Shown here piece after piece: positions 41,409 through 50,025 of a stretch of DNA of 64,000 nucleotides (the stretch's first letter is position 1; each line of letters begins with the position of its first letter). The position numbers and the translations under genes were made by a program. The notes below the pieces were generated by a model. That model did not search any database. It was given only the letters and a program-made list of their open reading frames with translations, and was not told the origin of the DNA. Location of the stretch: positions 124,001-188,000 of IMG/VR virus record IMGVR_UViG_3300021963_000021; one strand, written 5' to 3'.

Positions 41409-41947
41409 TTAATAATCTCATCGTTAGTGTAAGCACTCCACGGTGTGAACTTACTGCGGTCTTTTAAATCGTGTAGGCTATGACACCACACGCCGGGATT
41501 GGTTGCTTTAAAATCTTTGTCATCGATTTTAAGCATTGTATTGTAATTCCATAGTTTGATATATGGGATAGGTATACGGATTTGCGGAATAAACATCTCG
41601 TAGTCGTTTAAGCAGCCGTCATTGAACTCTTCTACTTGATTTAGTGGAATATCTAGACTACACCAATACCCTTGATCGAGAAAATGTGTAATCATATCTT
41701 CCCATGCCTTGTGCTCATCATATCCTGTAGGATTGAAACTATGATTAGCACCAAAGAAGATATGTTTAATATGTTTGCTAGTGTCGAGCAAACAATTCAT
41801 ATCACCAAGAATGTGGTCAATGACTTGTTCATTTTGAACACCAGTTACAAACAATGTACGCATACCAAACGTGGGAGTATTCTCGACTTCGTTACCGATG
41901 AAAAAATTCACATCTTCTAATGTGCCAGTGGAATAATCACGCTTCAT
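41405..41947 (-). CDS. Hypothetical enzyme-like protein within the deazaguanine locus
   Basis: 180 aa with motif-like blocks GNEVENTP, HIFFGANHSF, KIDDKDFKATNPGVWCH. Confidence 0.6.
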   Translation of the reverse strand: MKRDYSTGTLEDVNFFIGNEVENTPTFGMRTLFVTGVQNEQVIDHILGDMNCLLDTSKHIKHIFFGANHSFNPTGYDEHKAWEDMITHFLDQGYWCSLDIPLNQVEEFNDGCLNDYEMFIPQIRIPIPYIKLWNYNTMLKIDDKDFKATNPGVWCHSLHDLKDRSKFTPWSAYTNDEIIK

Positions 41948-42114
41948 TGTTTAAACCAGTTTCTAATTGACTTCATTAAATTATAGTATCTTGCTTTGTA
42001 GTTGTCAACCAGGATATCATCAATCATTGGGCGACGATGTGGGCAGCGACCTTGTCTCCAGTCGCAACCTGCGTGAATTTCTTCACCGCAAGTTTCGCAT
42101 TTTCTAGCTACCAT
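41944..42114 (-). CDS. 56-aa Cys-rich (zinc-finger-like) protein missing from the ORF track
   Basis: Hand translation: MVARKCETCGEEIHAGCDWRQGRCPHRRPMIDDILVDNYKARYYNLMKSIRNWFKQ. Fills the gap and overlaps both neighbours. Confidence 0.65.
   Translation of the reverse strand: MVARKCETCGEEIHAGCDWRQGRCPHRRPMIDDILVDNYKARYYNLMKSIRNWFKQ
41980..42008 (-). promoter_or_regulatory. Perfect sigma70 promoter TTGACA-17-TATAAT
   Basis: Hexamers at 42008-42003 and 41985-41980, upstream of the 41947 / DpdL-like / GT genes. Confidence 0.8.
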
Positions 42115-42338
42115 GTGTTTACGTCAGTGATATCAACGGTGGTGTCGATGTCCTTGTCGGCATCGTTGAATAGGTTGAACTTAACAACAACGGCAGGACC
42201 AATTCCGCTGGTGTGACTTTCTTCGAGAGTGAACCACTCTACTTCTTTGAAGTGAGCAGATATTTTAGCAAGTTTTTCAATTTGTCCTTTGTTAAGAGCA
42301 AACTGTGTTGGTACGTAGTCTTTATCTTTCTTCGTCAT
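42108..42338 (-). CDS. Hypothetical protein
   Basis: 76-aa ORF. Confidence 0.55.
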   Translation of the reverse strand: MTKKDKDYVPTQFALNKGQIEKLAKISAHFKEVEWFTLEESHTSGIGPAVVVKFNLFNDADKDIDTTVDITDVNTW

Positions 42339-42531
42339 AATCTATGCTTTCGTGATCATGTTCCCACTGTAGTCTAGTAAGTCTAGCAAGTTCGTCCTTA
42401 TAAAGCAACTTCTTTTTCTTTAATTCGGACAAATTCTCATCGGTAAATTTACCATTTCTTTCTAACGCAGAAATCTGTTCGTCAATTAATCTGTGTGTTT
42501 CGGTTAACGTTTTGATTCGAGATTCGTACAT
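42322..42531 (-). CDS. DUF465/YdcH-like small coiled-coil protein
   Basis: L..H..ID.QI..LE....LSELKKKKLLYKDEL pattern. Confidence 0.65.
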   Translation of the reverse strand: MYESRIKTLTETHRLIDEQISALERNGKFTDENLSELKKKKLLYKDELARLTRLQWEHDHESIDYDEER

Positions 42532-42546
42532 TTTGGCCTCCGATAA

Positions 42547-44079
42547 TCAATTGGCTGTTTGCTCTAGAAATTCGTGTTCTAATTCTTCGAGCATATCTTC
42601 GTCTAACACAGGCATTGCTGACACTTGTGACACAGACTTGTCTAATACTACTTCATCTGATTCAAAGTGTTTGTTAAACGTGTTGTTGGCGTTTCCACCA
42701 CGTAGACGCATACCCATCATTTTGTTCAGCATAGGTCTAGCATCTTCAATCATCTGCATTGGAGTTTCGCTGGTAAACAATTCTTCAACGAAGTTATTGA
42801 AGTACAGGATGTTACGAGGTACCCATTCAGAGTATTCATCGCTCTTATCCATGTCTTTGAGATTCTTCCATTGACGCCAGTTAGGACTTACTTTGGCAGT
42901 TTCAATATCCATTAAATTGTTAGCACGTTGTACAGCAACGATGTGACAATATGTATTATGTGCCATCATTAGCGCATAACCAAAGCTGTCCCAAGAAGTT
43001 TTTCCTTCTTTGCCGATTTTGTTTAACATTCCCGGCTTGTACCAGCAGATGTCTCCGATGTTAAGGCGCCTGCCAATTTCTGATTCAAACGGGAAGGGGA
43101 TGTTAAAAGCCTGGCTAATTGCTTTGTTGTCTGGGGCCTTGTCCATGATGACTGACCAGCGTTTGTTGGTGTGCTGGGCATTTGTGTAGACAAGCCCGTG
43201 GGCTGTAGCAATGAAGGGTGATGCGCAATCAAAAGATATGGTAAAGTTTTCATTCACGTGCTTCCTTACTTGGCGTTGGATTAAAGTTAAGTAACAAGAC
43301 CAATCTAACTGTGCTGTACCCAAGAAGTGCATCCAGTTACGATCGTCTAACAGTTTCTCATCACGCAGGATAATGAGACGTTTTAGTGCGACTTCCATAT
43401 CACACATATTCTTACCGCCCATTGCCCACCCTTCTGTAGGCAAGTGTTTAACTGCTTCGTACCAAGCCTGTGCTGTTTCCCAGTCACTGCCTTGTAGAAC
43501 GTTAAGGAATTTAGTTTGACCTAAGCGATTACGTATAAAGTAATCATTGTTGTGAAGTGTTTTATCTAAACAGTCTTGAAAACTCTTTAATCCTGTCTTT
43601 GGACTATGGATATGATCGCTAGCCCATGTCGGGACGTCTAATAACATTGACCAATCAGCAGTTAATTCTAGCCAGTTAAGGATGCTGTCACGAGTTTTAT
43701 TGGCAGCAGCACCTTCAAAGTTCATCCAATCAAACTTAAGAACACCTTTACCGATCTGATAGCCGCCGGAGTCGCCTACAATAAGTGTGTTGTTACGATC
43801 TCTACTTTGAATCATAGCATCTTGAATCATTGTCTTTTCAAGATCTAATTGTGCGTGGCCTGCTGAGTAAAGACCATATTTGTAAGTAAAGTATCCTTGC
43901 TCAGGATTAAGGAAGTTCATTCCTTCAATGCCGCGATCAAACCCTTGCGGAATACGATCGTTAGGAACAAACTCGCTGAATCTTTGTTTGCTTACATATG
44001 TTGAATAAAAACAACTAATCGCAGGCAAATAGACTGCGTAGTCTTTCTGTAGGGGTGTTAAATTAACTGGTGGTCTCAT
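42547..44079 (-). CDS. TGT-fold deazaguanine transglycosylase-like protein (divergent DpdA, DpdA3-like)
   Basis: TGT motifs in order: GDSGGYQ, MLLDVP, LNVLQG, GWAMGG, MHFLG, SFDCASP, LMMAHN. No CxCxxC zinc site of tRNA TGTs. Lies near folE/queE. Confidence 0.75.
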   Translation of the reverse strand: MRPPVNLTPLQKDYAVYLPAISCFYSTYVSKQRFSEFVPNDRIPQGFDRGIEGMNFLNPEQGYFTYKYGLYSAGHAQLDLEKTMIQDAMIQSRDRNNTLIVGDSGGYQIGKGVLKFDWMNFEGAAANKTRDSILNWLELTADWSMLLDVPTWASDHIHSPKTGLKSFQDCLDKTLHNNDYFIRNRLGQTKFLNVLQGSDWETAQAWYEAVKHLPTEGWAMGGKNMCDMEVALKRLIILRDEKLLDDRNWMHFLGTAQLDWSCYLTLIQRQVRKHVNENFTISFDCASPFIATAHGLVYTNAQHTNKRWSVIMDKAPDNKAISQAFNIPFPFESEIGRRLNIGDICWYKPGMLNKIGKEGKTSWDSFGYALMMAHNTYCHIVAVQRANNLMDIETAKVSPNWRQWKNLKDMDKSDEYSEWVPRNILYFNNFVEELFTSETPMQMIEDARPMLNKMMGMRLRGGNANNTFNKHFESDEVVLDKSVSQVSAMPVLDEDMLEELEHEFLEQTAN

Positions 44080-44428
44080 AATCTCTCGCTAGTTTTGCTG
44101 TAATGTTTAAATGTTGTCTTGCCTGTTCTAGGTTGTCTAATGCTATTTTAACAGCCTTATTCTCATTTGCCAAGCTCTGCCACATCTTTTCTTCGTCACG
44201 TTTCTTACGTGCCCATTGTACTATATCTAGTACATCTTGATCTAGGCCTACAGTGGCATAGCTGGTACTCATACTAATCCAACTACTACCATCGAACACC
44301 TGAATGTCACTGCCCCAAACACGCATCATGCCTGTTACGGGGTTATTGGTATTTTGATTAACATAAGGTACGCTAGTGTTACCACCAGATACTGTTACGC
44401 CGCTAACGCCTTGTAGACCTTTGATCAT
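44063..44428 (-). CDS. Hypothetical protein
   Basis: 121-aa ORF. Confidence 0.6.
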   Translation of the reverse strand: MIKGLQGVSGVTVSGGNTSVPYVNQNTNNPVTGMMRVWGSDIQVFDGSSWISMSTSYATVGLDQDVLDIVQWARKKRDEEKMWQSLANENKAVKIALDNLEQARQHLNITAKLARDYETTS

Positions 44429-44429
44429 A

Positions 44430-45164
44430 TTACGCCTGTGCTGGAATAATGTACTTGTAAACTGCTACACCGCTGTCAAGAGTGATTTGAATAGCACCTT
44501 CGTTTGACAAAGACATCTTTGTGTTGTTTACATCAGCAATCTTTAAAATGCTTAAGATTGGCATCACTGGCCAAGTCCAGCCACGATCTAGTTTACCTGC
44601 TACATTTTGTGCGAATACAAATTCGCCACCGTGTGTTGACAAGTCACCAAATGTAAACTTTAGATTTCCACCTTCTGTCTTAGCAAGGAATGTTGGATGT
44701 TCGTTGTGAGCACCTGCTTGGAAGTTAAAACGTGTAACAGAAGCAACGCTTGGCTCTAGTTCAACGTCCCACTTAACACCACGGAATTTCACAGACTTCA
44801 TCTTTTCGTTGATGACTTCTTGATTCATAAAACGATAGTCGTTTTTAAAGTCGCCGTCTTTGTTTTCAAAGTGAATGCCAACTGGAATAGTTTCTCCGTT
44901 GCGTTCTGCTGTAGTGATACTGATTTTAGCATCATCTTTGTATTCGTTGCCATCGAGCAAATACTTTAGTTTATTAAGCTGAGGCATACCAAATGTACCA
45001 ATCATGTCTGGATATGGCTGGTATGTAGTAGCTTCCATAATAACAGAACGGTCTTCAGCCATTGAAAAGAATGTAGTTGACTCTTCTGTTCCTGTAATTT
45101 TAACTGTAGTCAAGAACCCTAGGTTCTGTGTATGACTAACGATGTCTTGTAAAATATCTTTCAT
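44430..45164 (-). CDS. Putative DNA sliding clamp (gp45/PCNA-like)
   Basis: 244 aa, alternating beta/alpha pattern, C-terminal YKYIIPAQ; directly downstream of DNA polymerase. Confidence 0.55.
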   Translation of the reverse strand: MKDILQDIVSHTQNLGFLTTVKITGTEESTTFFSMAEDRSVIMEATTYQPYPDMIGTFGMPQLNKLKYLLDGNEYKDDAKISITTAERNGETIPVGIHFENKDGDFKNDYRFMNQEVINEKMKSVKFRGVKWDVELEPSVASVTRFNFQAGAHNEHPTFLAKTEGGNLKFTFGDLSTHGGEFVFAQNVAGKLDRGWTWPVMPILSILKIADVNNTKMSLSNEGAIQITLDSGVAVYKYIIPAQA

Positions 45165-45187
45165 TAAGATTCTCCGGTTATATTAAG

Positions 45188-45216
45188 ATTATATTTAGAT
45201 TTATGTGAAAAAGCAA
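45188..45216 (-). promoter_or_regulatory. Promoter TTGCTT-17-TATAAT with an overlapping TAAATA
   Basis: Hexamers 45216-45211 and 45193-45188; TAAATA 45197-45192; SD GGAG downstream. Confidence 0.6.
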
Positions 45217-45224
45217 GAGCTAAA

Positions 45225-47897
45225 TCACTCAAAATCAAACAATTTACTGAATGTGTTATCACTGCGTGTTGAACTAATGTCCCATTCCAACACTCCGATT
45301 AGGTTTTCTAACTTTTCATCGATAACTGTGGTTTCCATTTCGGCATCATCGAACGGTAGTTCTTTGAACCATTGCGGCAAACGTAGTTCGTCTACCGGAT
45401 ACGCTACTGAAGTATAGCCCATTGGGTTATCTCTGACTTTACAAACAATCACTTTAGCACCGTCAGTGATGCCCATTGAGTACTTGTCATCCATCATGCG
45501 TTTGAGAGTATTCCAATTAAGACTTGCTCTAACATGACCAGGCATGTTAGTCTTACCAGCCTTCTTCTCTTTTGCGGCGTATTCTGTAATGTTGTTGGCA
45601 CGTTTGGGAGAGCCTTTCTCCCAACCTGGGCGAGTTTTAAATTCTGTACGGAAATTAGTGATGTGTTCTAGTACTTCTTCTTTTGAAGCACCGGTTAGCA
45701 CTTTTTCTAATACATCACTTAAGAAGTTTTGAATGACTACTGGAGTATCACTGCGTTTAAGGTCTAGACCCATGGCCTTGATCTTACCAGGTTTACCATC
45801 TACATCACTGCGCTTGCCTTCTTTGTCATAGTAAAGCACAGCATAACGCTTCTTAGTAATGAACAGACCTTTTGACGCAACAATTTCACGACCTGCTTTA
45901 ATAACTTCGCCACGAGTCTTTGGACAATGGAACTGTTCTGTCATCATTTTAGGAAAACTCTGATTGACTTCGTCGGCTATTTGATCATACAACTGTACTA
46001 CAGTTTCTTTACTCCAAGGCAAGTGCCCAGATTCAATTTCTTTTCTCAGTACAGGGTATGCTGAAAAGTAGCAGGAGTCAGTATCACCATAGATAACAGC
46101 CTTGCCTTTGTAATCATATTCGCCACAAATGATTTCATTTATCTTTGAGGCCATGTGTTTGACAATAGTCCTGCCTGTGAGTGTAGTGGATTGACCGATT
46201 CTATTATCAAAGAAGCGGCAACCAGGATTAAGAATAGCGCCATAAAGACTATTGAGGTTAATTTTCTTAACAAGCTGTCGTTTGTCCCAGTATTCTTCTT
46301 CAATTTTATTTCCACTTGCTATACATTCCTTTAGTTTAGCTTGCATTTCTTTACGTTCAGCATACCAACGCTTTAGCAGTCCTGGAATAATACCATCTTT
46401 TTCATAGGTAAAGATAGTTCCGTTAGAACTGATCATCCAGGGCTGACCAGAATCAAATATGAGATCATTGATCTGTGCGCCAGTTAATGTATCACTGCCG
46501 CCATTTTCCCAGTCAATGACGATTTCTTTAGCAATGTTTCGTTCCATTACATACTCATACTCCAAGCTACCGAACATTCCTTCCCATGCTGCCGCAAAAG
46601 ATTTACCATGCCGCACCATTTGATCGTCAATATAGTTCTTTGTGTAGTCTGGACGAAGTTGACCGACAATGGTTTCCGGTCCCATGTTTAGCGCACGAAT
46701 CGCAGACGGATACAGTGAGTTCAAGTCAACTGATCCGATCCATTCGTGAATGCCTTTCTTGGGATAAGCAACATAAGCACCTGCTGCCTGTGTGGATTCT
46801 GTGTCGTCACGTCTCTTACGATTCGGTACAACAAAGCCTCTACGATGTGCTTCGTTGATAATTGCCTGCTCAGTAACAGCAACCGCACCCATCGCAGTCT
46901 GTAGTAACACAGTATTTTCGTGGGCAATCTTGTTAGCTAGATCCAAAAACTGTAGTTTCTTATCTAACTTGTCTAGCAGTGCTGTGTCTTGTCTGTTGTA
47001 TTCGATGAATTTTTTAAAGTCGTTGTTGTAAAGTTGATCCAGTGTACCTTCGTAGACTGTTTTGTTTTCACCGATCTCCATTTCACCAATAGCATCTAGT
47101 CGATATGTGTGTCGTTCTTCATATGTGTACTTTCTATAAAGTTCGAGACTATCAAGATGTACACGCCCTACTAGATCATATGTGACAGCCTGGCGACCAA
47201 ACTTTTCAAACTCACGTTTTTTAGGAAACTGATTCCATAAACAGAATCGACGTGTATCTTCTTTTGACAACGCTTTTGTTACACGGTTAACGGTGTATGG
47301 AATATCGAAACCTTCTGAATTCCAACCACTTAACACATCAGCATCTTCAATGAGTGTTAAGAAGTTGTCAAGAAGATCTGCTTCGTTGTCAAAAAGATAT
47401 GTGTTTGGAAATTCTGCTACTGCCTTTTCTGCTTCTGCCATTGACATAGTCTTTGGAGGTACAGCAAGACAGATTAATGTGTTAAGCCATTGTAAGTGAA
47501 CAGCAATCGCAGTGATCGGCATAAACGCATCATCTGGTGAAGCATACCCACGTTCGGGATCAAAGTCTACTTCAATGTCAAAGAATGCTACGTTTAGTTT
47601 TGGGGAATCTTGATTAAGATAGTTTTCTTCAAGACAACGGAATATAGGATTAATATCAGATTCATAAAGTTTCTGACTTCCGTGTATTTTTTGTTCTTTG
47701 TGGAATTCTTTTAGATTTTTACAAGTAACACGACTCAGCGGAATGCCGTGAGTACTAACATACTTGCCTTTAGGATCTTGATAATAAAAAAGATATTTGG
47801 CAGCATATTCTTTAAACTGTCTGCGACCATCTTTATCTCTTTCGACAACAGAGATAAGATCACTGTCTCTGTCGTAGTAAGCATCTACGTAACTCAT
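45225..47897 (-). CDS. Family B DNA polymerase (gp43-like); likely start MSYVDA at 47897
   Basis: Exo motifs FDIEVD, GWNSEGFDIPY, YNRQD; pol motifs SVDLNSLYPS, KINLNSLYG, YGDTDS, KKRYA; SD AAGGAG. Confidence 0.95.
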   Translation of the reverse strand: MSYVDAYYDRDSDLISVVERDKDGRRQFKEYAAKYLFYYQDPKGKYVSTHGIPLSRVTCKNLKEFHKEQKIHGSQKLYESDINPIFRCLEENYLNQDSPKLNVAFFDIEVDFDPERGYASPDDAFMPITAIAVHLQWLNTLICLAVPPKTMSMAEAEKAVAEFPNTYLFDNEADLLDNFLTLIEDADVLSGWNSEGFDIPYTVNRVTKALSKEDTRRFCLWNQFPKKREFEKFGRQAVTYDLVGRVHLDSLELYRKYTYEERHTYRLDAIGEMEIGENKTVYEGTLDQLYNNDFKKFIEYNRQDTALLDKLDKKLQFLDLANKIAHENTVLLQTAMGAVAVTEQAIINEAHRRGFVVPNRKRRDDTESTQAAGAYVAYPKKGIHEWIGSVDLNSLYPSAIRALNMGPETIVGQLRPDYTKNYIDDQMVRHGKSFAAAWEGMFGSLEYEYVMERNIAKEIVIDWENGGSDTLTGAQINDLIFDSGQPWMISSNGTIFTYEKDGIIPGLLKRWYAERKEMQAKLKECIASGNKIEEEYWDKRQLVKKINLNSLYGAILNPGCRFFDNRIGQSTTLTGRTIVKHMASKINEIICGEYDYKGKAVIYGDTDSCYFSAYPVLRKEIESGHLPWSKETVVQLYDQIADEVNQSFPKMMTEQFHCPKTRGEVIKAGREIVASKGLFITKKRYAVLYYDKEGKRSDVDGKPGKIKAMGLDLKRSDTPVVIQNFLSDVLEKVLTGASKEEVLEHITNFRTEFKTRPGWEKGSPKRANNITEYAAKEKKAGKTNMPGHVRASLNWNTLKRMMDDKYSMGITDGAKVIVCKVRDNPMGYTSVAYPVDELRLPQWFKELPFDDAEMETTVIDEKLENLIGVLEWDISSTRSDNTFSKLFDFE

Positions 47898-47907
47898 TTT
47901 TTTCTCC

Positions 47908-47954
47908 TTGCGATTTTTGGCTCGCAAATACCAAACTAGTCATTTATGGCTGAC
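47908..47954 (-). promoter_or_regulatory. Twin RNA hairpins with near-identical 8-nt loops abutting the polymerase RBS (putative translational operator)
   Basis: mRNA: GUCA-GCCAUAAA-UGAC ... UUGCGA-GCCAAAAA-UCGCAA-GGAG-A7-AUG. Confidence 0.65.
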
Positions 47955-47969
47955 GAGACCGTACTCATA

Positions 47970-48260
47970 TTAATTAATTAGCATTCTAACTAGGCCGAAT
48001 GTGTCAATTGCGGTTAGCAAGATGTAGTTAGCCAACATGCCAAACGATTTCCTAGTATAAGCAGCCCAAGCATACATAGCACAGCCGCTGATCCAAATAG
48101 GATATAACGCAAGTAACGGGGGATTCGGGACGGTGATTGCCATAGTAATACTACACCCAATACTAACAGCCCAGGCAAGCAGCTCAATAATAAAACGGAA
48201 AGGATGACTATTCCAATCATCACGGATCCAATCAAATGTTGGTTTGAATAGATCTATCAT
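47970..48260 (-). CDS. Small multi-pass membrane protein
   Basis: Three hydrophobic segments in 96 aa. Confidence 0.6.
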   Translation of the reverse strand: MIDLFKPTFDWIRDDWNSHPFRFIIELLAWAVSIGCSITMAITVPNPPLLALYPIWISGCAMYAWAAYTRKSFGMLANYILLTAIDTFGLVRMLIN

Positions 48261-48523
48261 TCAGAATCGGGCAAACGCTTAGTTACACCAAGAATCATTT
48301 CAATCTCGTCCCATTCTTCTTCGTGAGATTTCCAATTATCTTTGTGAGCAATCTTAATTGCTTTATTAATAATACTTGGTTTGATTTGTAGCTCTTCTGC
48401 TACTGCTTTGACAGTCTCTTTGAGACCTTCTTGTAGATCTTCTACTTCACGTAATACATTGCCGCCTTCGTTAATAAGGCGTTCTAATTTTGCTTTTTCT
48501 TCAGGACCATACATCTTTGCCAT
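48257..48523 (-). CDS. Small dsDNA-binding protein (T4 DsbA-like)
   Basis: 88-aa helical; LKETVKAVAEELQIKPSIINKAIKIAHK pattern; upstream TTGCTC-18-TATAAT and SD AGGAG. Confidence 0.5.
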   Translation of the reverse strand: MAKMYGPEEKAKLERLINEGGNVLREVEDLQEGLKETVKAVAEELQIKPSIINKAIKIAHKDNWKSHEEEWDEIEMILGVTKRLPDSE

Positions 48524-48580
48524 ATAATAAACTCCTTGTTACAGTCTATTATATATGACCTAGGCCCTGAAGAGCAAATA

Positions 48581-49198
48581 TTATCCTACCAAAATGTGTA
48601 GTGCGTGTTCGTAGTGTTTTTTACGATCTTCTAAACCAATAGTGCCACCGTTAATACGTTTGGTCATTGTTAGAATATCGCCAGAGTCGGCGAATTGATT
48701 TAAATTATTTGCTGCCCAAAACCAACCTGCTGAAAGAACTGCTCCCGGAGATGTCTCTAGTAATTCTGGTTCTTCAAGTAAGTCTGCTCCGAGTGCTTCA
48801 CCGCAGGCACGATAGTTATTTTTACCAGTGACTTGGATTAGCCCGCGACCGCGATATTTAAAACCTTCACCGCTGGCTTCGTCACCGTTGCCCATACGAT
48901 TAGCATACACTCTATTAGCAATCATTTGTGGCTTGCGTTCGTAGTGTGCTGCTGTGGCATCATCTGGGAAATATTTTGGGAATGTGCCTCTTAGTCCCTT
49001 TGCTCCATAGTTGAGATTCTCAACCATGAAATTAAAATTACCACTTTCATGAGCACACTGAGCAAGGAAAGCAGCTTGCCTTGCTGGTGTCATGATATCG
49101 AACAATTCAAATGTTTCTACAAAACCTTCATACAGTTCTGCTACTCTTTGCTTTTTAGCCTCAGGAAAGGCTTCTTGAATTTGTTCTAAAAGAATCAT
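48581..49198 (-). CDS. GH19 (chitinase-class) endolysin
   Basis: AAFLAQCAHES, ENLNY, YRGRGLIQVTGKNNY, SAGWFW, TKRINGG. Confidence 0.92.
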   Translation of the reverse strand: MILLEQIQEAFPEAKKQRVAELYEGFVETFELFDIMTPARQAAFLAQCAHESGNFNFMVENLNYGAKGLRGTFPKYFPDDATAAHYERKPQMIANRVYANRMGNGDEASGEGFKYRGRGLIQVTGKNNYRACGEALGADLLEEPELLETSPGAVLSAGWFWAANNLNQFADSGDILTMTKRINGGTIGLEDRKKHYEHALHILVG

Positions 49199-49208
49199 CT
49201 CTTGTCCT

Positions 49209-50021
49209 TTATTCTGCTAGAGTCTTGTGGAGATCCCACTCACCGCCCATTTTTTCGTAAGTAACAGCAGCAAATGCCTGAGCCTTAGCAGACTCGTTGA
49301 ATTTGCTAGTACCTACTCTGTTTGCCCACTGCCATAGATTCTTGTCAAGTGGATCAATCTGCATTGTGCCTTGACTTTCGCTAACAATCTGTAAGCAACG
49401 CTTGAATGTTAGTCTGTCTGCGCTTTCTTTAACAGCAACTTTCTTTTTATCTTTGACCGCTTTCTTCATCGGCTCTTTCTTGTCGCCGTCTTTGTCCATG
49501 TCTAAGAAGTCTGGTTTAGATCCTTCAGCAACCTTCTTATCTTTCTTTTTCTTAGCAATAGCTATAGCGGCCTGCTGTTTAGCATTAGCAGCTTCTTTGA
49601 CTTTTTTCTTTGTTGTTTCTGGCTTGTCATCGTCATCAACTTCTGGCTTGTTATCATCAGAACCGCCGTAGTTGCCTGGACCAGCTTTGTGAACGATACC
49701 TGTTTTAGTCTTAGTAACAGTACCACCTTTAGCAGTTTTCTTGCTGTCGCCGACTTTCATTTCTTCTTTGACTGCGCCTTTCTTCTTGTCAGCAACAGCT
49801 TTTTTCATTGGCTCTTTTTTGTTGCCGTCTTTGTCCATGTCTAAGAAGTCTGGTTTAGCTTTTTTAGCTTCTGCCAATACTGTTGATAGTCCAGCTAGCA
49901 CACGGATTTCAGCATCTTCTGATAGCTGAATCTTTGGCGCTGCCGCTTCAGTTATCGTTACTGCTTTTTTAGCAGGTGTTTCGAAACTTGCGATTTTAGA
50001 TACTAGTGCTTTGAAATCCAT
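49209..50021 (-). CDS. Lys-rich putative internal head protein with duplicated DxDxDG module (likely start MDFKAL at 50021)
   Basis: KPDFLDMDKDG(N/D)KKEPMKKAV occurs twice; several xxE junctions; SD AAGGA. Confidence 0.6.
   Translation of the reverse strand: MDFKALVSKIASFETPAKKAVTITEAAAPKIQLSEDAEIRVLAGLSTVLAEAKKAKPDFLDMDKDGNKKEPMKKAVADKKKGAVKEEMKVGDSKKTAKGGTVTKTKTGIVHKAGPGNYGGSDDNKPEVDDDDKPETTKKKVKEAANAKQQAAIAIAKKKKDKKVAEGSKPDFLDMDKDGDKKEPMKKAVKDKKKVAVKESADRLTFKRCLQIVSESQGTMQIDPLDKNLWQWANRVGTSKFNESAKAQAFAAVTYEKMGGEWDLHKTLAE
49485..49858. repeat. Exact 35-bp direct repeat (49485-49519, 49824-49858)
   Basis: GCCGTCTTTGTCCATGTCTAAGAAGTCTGGTTTAG occurs twice, with imperfect flanks. Confidence 0.9.
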
Positions 50022-50025
50022 GATA

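Noticed and set aside
41944-41976. Apparent 10-aa leader peptide MKSIRNWFKQ after the perfect promoter
   Set aside because: It is the C-terminus of the 56-aa ORF 42114-41944, and its ATG is only 3 nt from the -10 box
42547-44079. Calling this a canonical tRNA-guanine transglycosylase (tgt) for queuosine
   Set aside because: It lacks the CxCxxC zinc site, is longer and divergent, and lies beside replisome genes. DNA-related DpdA-like is more plausible, though not proven.
45163-45190. 9-bp direct repeat ATTAAGATT flanking the clamp RBS as an operator
   Set aside because: Short and AT-rich in an AT-rich genome; could be chance
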